From Marinicella sp. (GTDB taxonomy: Bacteria > Pseudomonadota > Gammaproteobacteria > Xanthomonadales > Marinicellaceae): a stretch of 64,000 nucleotides of DNA. The first letter of the stretch is position 1; the number at the start of each line of letters is the position of its first letter. The stretch lies in contig OZ246001.1 of NCBI GenBank assembly GCA_965230295.1, forward strand, positions 3,488,001-3,552,000, in the 5' to 3' direction. The notes beneath the pieces were generated by a model that searched no databases, was not told the origin of the DNA, and saw only the letters and a program-made list of their open reading frames with translations. A program made the position numbers and the translations under genes. Positions 60,501 through 64,000 of this stretch are shown here, one piece after another.

Positions 60501-62426
60501 GGTGTTGATTGTCAGTCCGAAGATTTTTCGGTGGTGGGTATCGGAGACATGATGGGGGATGTGTTTGGTAATGGCATGTTGTTATCAAAACACATTTGCT
60601 TAAAAGCCGCGTTCAATCACATGCACATCTTTTTGGATCCCAATCCGGATTCAACAAAAACCTGGGAAGAACGCAAACGTTTATTTGACTTGCCCAGATC
60701 CAGTTGGGAAGATTACAACCAGAAACTGATTTCTAAAGGTGGTGGTATTTATTCCAGATTTGATAAGGCGATTCCAATTTCTGCCGAAGTTAAAGCCTGG
60801 TTAAAAATAAGAGAAGATGAATTGGCTCCTCAGGAATTGATCCACCGATTGTTGTTGTCAGAAATTGATTTGATTTGGAATGGTGGAATTGGAACTTATG
60901 TGAAAGCTTCTGATGAGAGTCATGCAGACGCGGGAGACAGTGCTAACAACGCCTTAAGAGTTGATGGTAAGCAATTGAAATGTAAAGTCTTTGGAGAAGG
61001 AGGCAACTTGGGTGTCACCCAAAAAGGACGGATCGAATATGCCAATAATGGTGGCAAAATGAACACCGATTTTATTGATAATTCAGCCGGGGTTGATTGT
61101 TCTGACCATGAAGTCAACATCAAGATCTTGTTGAAATCGATGATGGAAGACGGCCATTACGACACCAAATCGAGAAACAAACTGCTGGCTTCAATGACTG
61201 ACAATGTCAGTGATCTGGTATTGCAAAACAATTACATGCAAACCCAAACATTGAGTTTTATGCACCATTTGAGTTCAAAGCGGATAGGGGCCAAAGCGCA
61301 CCTGATCAGGTTGCTGGAACAAAAAGGATTGTTGGACCGAGAAATTGAATTTTTACCCAGTGACACCGAGATGGAACGTCGGCGTAAGAACAATGAAGGC
61401 CTCAGTCGACCAGAATTGTGTGTTTTGTTGTCATATGCCAAGTTAGACTTGTTCGACCAAGTCATCAATTCGAAGTTGCTTGATGATCCTTGGTTGCGGC
61501 GTTTGGTGGTCAATTATTTCCCGAAAAAATTGCAGAAAGTCGATGCCAAGTACATTGATAACCATCGATTGAAGCGTGAAATCATTGGTACCATTTTAAC
61601 CAGCCAGGTGATTGATCGCATGGGCGCTACATTTGTGATGCGAATGAATGAAGACACAGGTGCTGATGTGGATGCCATATGTAAGGCATTTTATATAGTG
61701 GTTGAACTGTTTAACTTGAATGATCTGTGGCATGGCATTGAAAATCATGATGGCCAAGTTGAAGTGGCCAAACAAATTGAGTCATTTGTAGCTATTTGGA
61801 AATTTCTCCGCCAAACCACCCGTTGGGTATTGAATAATTTGGGGCATAAATTAAACATTGAAAAACACATCAATGAATTGAACAAAGGAGTTAATCAATT
61901 TCGTAAGGATTTCACCAAATACATCAGTGACGCCGATAAATTAGCCATGAATCGTGTGATGAAGGCGCTGGATAAACAAGGCTTTGCTGAAGACCTGTCA
62001 CAAAGTATCGCCGCCTTGCCTTATTTAAGTGCTGCATTGGATGTGGTTCGAGTGGCCAACTTGCAAAAAGTAGCGGTAAAACAAGCGGCAGATATGTACT
62101 TCCCCTTGGGCAAAATGCTTAACTTGATCTGGTTACAGAACATGATTGAACACTTGAAAGTCAGTAATCAATGGCATGTTCATGCCAGAGGTGGTTTGCG
62201 CGATGACCTCAGTGAATACCATGCACAGCTGACAGCGTCATTATTAAAACGCTACGGTAAACAGCCGAGTGATCAGGCTTTGATGCAATGGAGCCAAGAG
62301 TTTGGGCAGAAAGTTAAGAACGTCAAAGACATGATGGCATCTATCAAAGCTGAAAAGAATGTTGATTACCCAACCATCATGGTAGCCATCAATTCACTGA
62401 GTCATTTGGTGACTGCAACGAAATAA
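57513..62426 (+). CDS. gdhB: Large NAD-specific glutamate dehydrogenase
   Basis: 1637 aa; ARGGLRWSDR.EDFRTEVLGL.KAQ.VKN, VAADKGTATFSD, GYDHK, EGGNLG, DNSAGVDCSDHEVNIKI. Confidence 0.97.
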   Translation: MQSLLTAEHKKFIKNFSNRVNQADSKYKDSIKQLAKQLFTHMSIDELKSHEYDYWAHTLNGMIKSMSARRLKNPIIEVKNSTVDPDITHVLLINDNIPFLVDSATMACAEYGLAIKLISHPIIQIKGEDKNRVLIEKPKKGQTQTKSLIYIELKRIEDRQEAKALQQYLASVFEQIRTAVNDWQPMLTAMAHAKEALGYLGDDKVRAEQQDFIDWLVDDHFTFLGYRKYECKRNQLIAMPDTGLGMLSPNLDADANDASQLSVDEYKIKKQSDLVVITKVNVISKIHRKGNLDYIGFLETDKNGKVVAEHRFIGLFTSVATNTNSLKIPYINSKIKVLIKQFGFDDTSHSGKMLMHIIDTMPRDEVLQSNTKELFSAVYQSLVIQEKITTQVTARQDKFNRFCSFMVYVPRDLFNTSNRHKIQALLAASVEGVEVEYAVAIDESHYARLYVVIRDMKHFSQDILAEVKAAIIEVVTTWEDRLAAALQDRLGHEESVRLMSKFRGAFPVAYREDVSPWVSSFDVENADKLQNGNDIEMSLYQPRIKRLGDFRFKVFRHQKTIPLSEVLPDLENLGLHVVSERPYELKMSEGQSIWIQDFDLNLASGKGLELELVKTRFHEAFGKVVSGELESDSLNKLIILGGLTWRQINLLRALVKYLLQTGLPYSKEYIEKAMIQHPHISRWLIELFTIKFSPKLDVVEPKKVREYLDRFSQKFTIQCDHLNVELNEYQQSCVDKYIRSRKFTRDSMSEKVIRVITALLDSVNSQDEDRIIRHVVDTMGAMLRTNYYQTDDQGEFKPAISIKINSSALSFLPKPVPFREIFVYSPRVEAIHLRMGKVARGGLRWSDRYEDFRTEVLGLMKAQNVKNSIIVPVGSKGGFVVKKLPNGSRDEVMEEVVSCYKTFIGSMLDITDNIKGKRIIAPKEVVRHDEDDPYLVVAADKGTATFSDIANGISEERGFWLGDAFASGGSAGYDHKGMGITAKGAWESVKRHFRELGVDCQSEDFSVVGIGDMMGDVFGNGMLLSKHICLKAAFNHMHIFLDPNPDSTKTWEERKRLFDLPRSSWEDYNQKLISKGGGIYSRFDKAIPISAEVKAWLKIREDELAPQELIHRLLLSEIDLIWNGGIGTYVKASDESHADAGDSANNALRVDGKQLKCKVFGEGGNLGVTQKGRIEYANNGGKMNTDFIDNSAGVDCSDHEVNIKILLKSMMEDGHYDTKSRNKLLASMTDNVSDLVLQNNYMQTQTLSFMHHLSSKRIGAKAHLIRLLEQKGLLDREIEFLPSDTEMERRRKNNEGLSRPELCVLLSYAKLDLFDQVINSKLLDDPWLRRLVVNYFPKKLQKVDAKYIDNHRLKREIIGTILTSQVIDRMGATFVMRMNEDTGADVDAICKAFYIVVELFNLNDLWHGIENHDGQVEVAKQIESFVAIWKFLRQTTRWVLNNLGHKLNIEKHINELNKGVNQFRKDFTKYISDADKLAMNRVMKALDKQGFAEDLSQSIAALPYLSAALDVVRVANLQKVAVKQAADMYFPLGKMLNLIWLQNMIEHLKVSNQWHVHARGGLRDDLSEYHAQLTASLLKRYGKQPSDQALMQWSQEFGQKVKNVKDMMASIKAEKNVDYPTIMVAINSLSHLVTATK

Positions 62427-62510
62427 TTAGCAGTCTATAAGTAATCAAAGAATATTCGAATAAAGGATTCAATGAAAAACTCGTTTAATTTAAGAAAGTA
62501 AATTGGTGAC

Positions 62511-62806
62511 GTCATCCTCGGGCTTGACCCGGGGATCCATTTTGCAAGGCAAACACAGGAAGTGTAGGAAGCTGGTAATATGCTTGGCCTGCAAAGTTGG
62601 TTAGACTAATTATGCAATCAAGTTGGTTTGTAAAGCATTGATGTCATGTTTGATTAGCAATGAGCTTGGCCCCGCTCAAGATTTATGAATCCTTAAAGAC
62701 AATGCTACCTCAATTTCCCAAAAGTAAAAGCCTATTTGCTGGGATATTAAATGAGTCTAGATTGATGATTTTTACATTGGATCCCCGGGTCAAGCCCGAG
62801 GATGAC
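62511..62806. mobile_element. Non-autonomous MITE/REPIN-like element with RPE4-like palindromic arms
   Basis: Perfect 29-bp terminal inverted repeats (62511-62539 / 62778-62806), each arm self-hairpinning, enclosing 238 bp with no recognisable gene. Confidence 0.75.
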
Positions 62807-62837
62807 CAAGTTAATAAATTCTGTGCTTTGTCTATAT

Positions 62838-63635
62838 TTATCTTTTTCTGAATTTCTTTATACTGCCACGCATCAAAAAACGGACCAAGCGGTCTGGCAG
62901 GTATTTAGACATACCTGCAATGGCTTGGTTGCGCCAGCCATTGATGTAGACCGGTTGATTGTTTTCTACAGCATGGATGCCTTGTTTAACCACATCATCG
63001 GCATGCATCCACAGTTTCTTTGATAATTTGTTGACCAGGCTTCTGGTGCCATTCACATCATGAAATTCAGTGTAAGTAAACCCAGGGCAAAGCGCAGTGA
63101 CATGTACGTTAAAATCTTTGGCTTCTAAATGCAGAGAATGGCTGAATTTGATCAGAAACGATTTGACTGGGCCATATAGGGTATGGGCCGCGGTAGGGGG
63201 TACCAAGCCTGCCAGGGAAGCCACATTGATGATGTATCCATGTTGCCTGGCCTTCATGCCTGGGTAGAATAAATGGCACAATTCGACCACTGACGTCAGC
63301 ATCACTTGCAACATGTCATGATGGGTTTTCCAGTCAGAATCATCAAAATCCCCAGGCACCCCGTAGCCTGCATTGTTGACCAGCATGGATACTTGAATAT
63401 CGTGTTGTTGACAGAAGGAGCCAATGACTTCACTGGCGTTTGGAGTGGCTAAATCAACTGCAAGGTGGTGACAATCTACAGCATGATTTTTTATGATTTC
63501 ATCTTTTAGCTTGACTAAATTGTCTTCACGTCTTGCTACCATTAAAAGAGACCAGCCCTTCGCAGCAAGTTGCTTGGCGAAGCTGGCTCCAATGCCAGCA
63601 GAAGCTCCTGTGACCAAAGCCCATTTTTTTTTCAT
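62838..63635 (-). CDS. Short-chain dehydrogenase/reductase
   Basis: TGASAGIG, VARR, NNAG, YGPVK (YxxxK), LCPGFT.TEF. Confidence 0.93.
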   Translation of the reverse strand: MKKKWALVTGASAGIGASFAKQLAAKGWSLLMVARREDNLVKLKDEIIKNHAVDCHHLAVDLATPNASEVIGSFCQQHDIQVSMLVNNAGYGVPGDFDDSDWKTHHDMLQVMLTSVVELCHLFYPGMKARQHGYIINVASLAGLVPPTAAHTLYGPVKSFLIKFSHSLHLEAKDFNVHVTALCPGFTYTEFHDVNGTRSLVNKLSKKLWMHADDVVKQGIHAVENNQPVYINGWRNQAIAGMSKYLPDRLVRFLMRGSIKKFRKR

Positions 63636-63650
63636 GTTGAAACCGGTCAT

Positions 63651-63675
63651 TAAAAAAGGCCAAATTAATGGCCTT
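63651..63675 (-). terminator. Rho-independent terminator after the cytochrome c gene
   Basis: Minus strand aaggcca-ttaatt-tggcctt-tttt. Confidence 0.7.
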
Positions 63676-63681
63676 CCTGTT

Positions 63682-63999
63682 TTATTTAATGGTTAAGTCA
63701 GTCAACCGATCTTCTTGCAAAGTTGAATAATACTTGGCCAGATTGGCAATGTCTTCATCAGTTAACGTGGCTGCAAATCCTGCCATGATGGCATTTTTGC
63801 GGTTACCAGAACGATAGTCCTTCAACGCTTGTTCCATGTAATCAGCATATTGACCAGCCAATTTTGGGTAGGTGTCATCGATGCCTTTACCGTCCATGCC
63901 ATGACATGTTTTGCAAACTTGTTCAGCTTTGGCTTTGCCCAACTCTGCATCGCCAGCATGGGCCAATGCACTCAATGCCACAAGGCTTAAAAATAGTAA
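63682..63999 (-). CDS. Class I monoheme cytochrome c (c553/c4-like); 5' end lies beyond the window
   Basis: CKTCH heme motif, P.LAGQ...Y....L..Y..G.R.N..M; frame open to the window end. Confidence 0.92.
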   Translation of the reverse strand, partial: LLFLSLVALSALAHAGDAELGKAKAEQVCKTCHGMDGKGIDDTYPKLAGQYADYMEQALKDYRSGNRKNAIMAGFAATLTDEDIANLAKYYSTLQEDRLTDLTIK

Positions 64000-64000
64000 T

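Noticed and set aside
62660-62851. 63-aa ORF running through the inverted-repeat element
   Set aside because: No SD or domain; overlaps the SDR stop; the LDPRVKPEDD segment is just the repeat translated
1-64000. CRISPR arrays, tRNA/rRNA genes, prophage, integron
   Set aside because: No regularly spaced direct repeats, cloverleaf signatures, integrase or phage genes were seen

Overview
Chromosomal, mostly housekeeping region of an AT-rich gammaproteobacterium. Gene content and order suggest a marine Xanthomonadales-related organism such as Marinicella; this is inference, not a database result. About 50 intact CDS are present: tRNA modification (nudJ-mnmA-hflD), peptidoglycan recycling (amgK-murU, M23-anmK, mltF), envelope genes (plsC-lapA-lapB-GT4-wbpM-galU), salvage (hpt, cdd), coq7/ETF-QO, tyrS, recCBD, proC, a SWIM-SNF2 helicase, Lrp-phhAB, SahR-like regulator plus metH, a large NAD-glutamate dehydrogenase and two diguanylate cyclases. 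I saw no tRNA, rRNA, CRISPR array, integrase, transposase or prophage. Most notable: (1) an exported single-Cys BCP peroxiredoxin fused to a DUF4920-like domain carrying a C-x4-C pair; (2) a structured intergenic RNA candidate at about 9.11-9.30 kb; (3) two palindromic REP/RPE-like elements with shared GTCAT...ATGAC ends; (4) a switch-like leader ahead of a YfcC transporter; (5) a remnant of a lost tandem paralog; (6) a near-consensus CRP/Clp site upstream of an orphan PP2C phosphatase. All product calls come from motif recognition, not from database searches.
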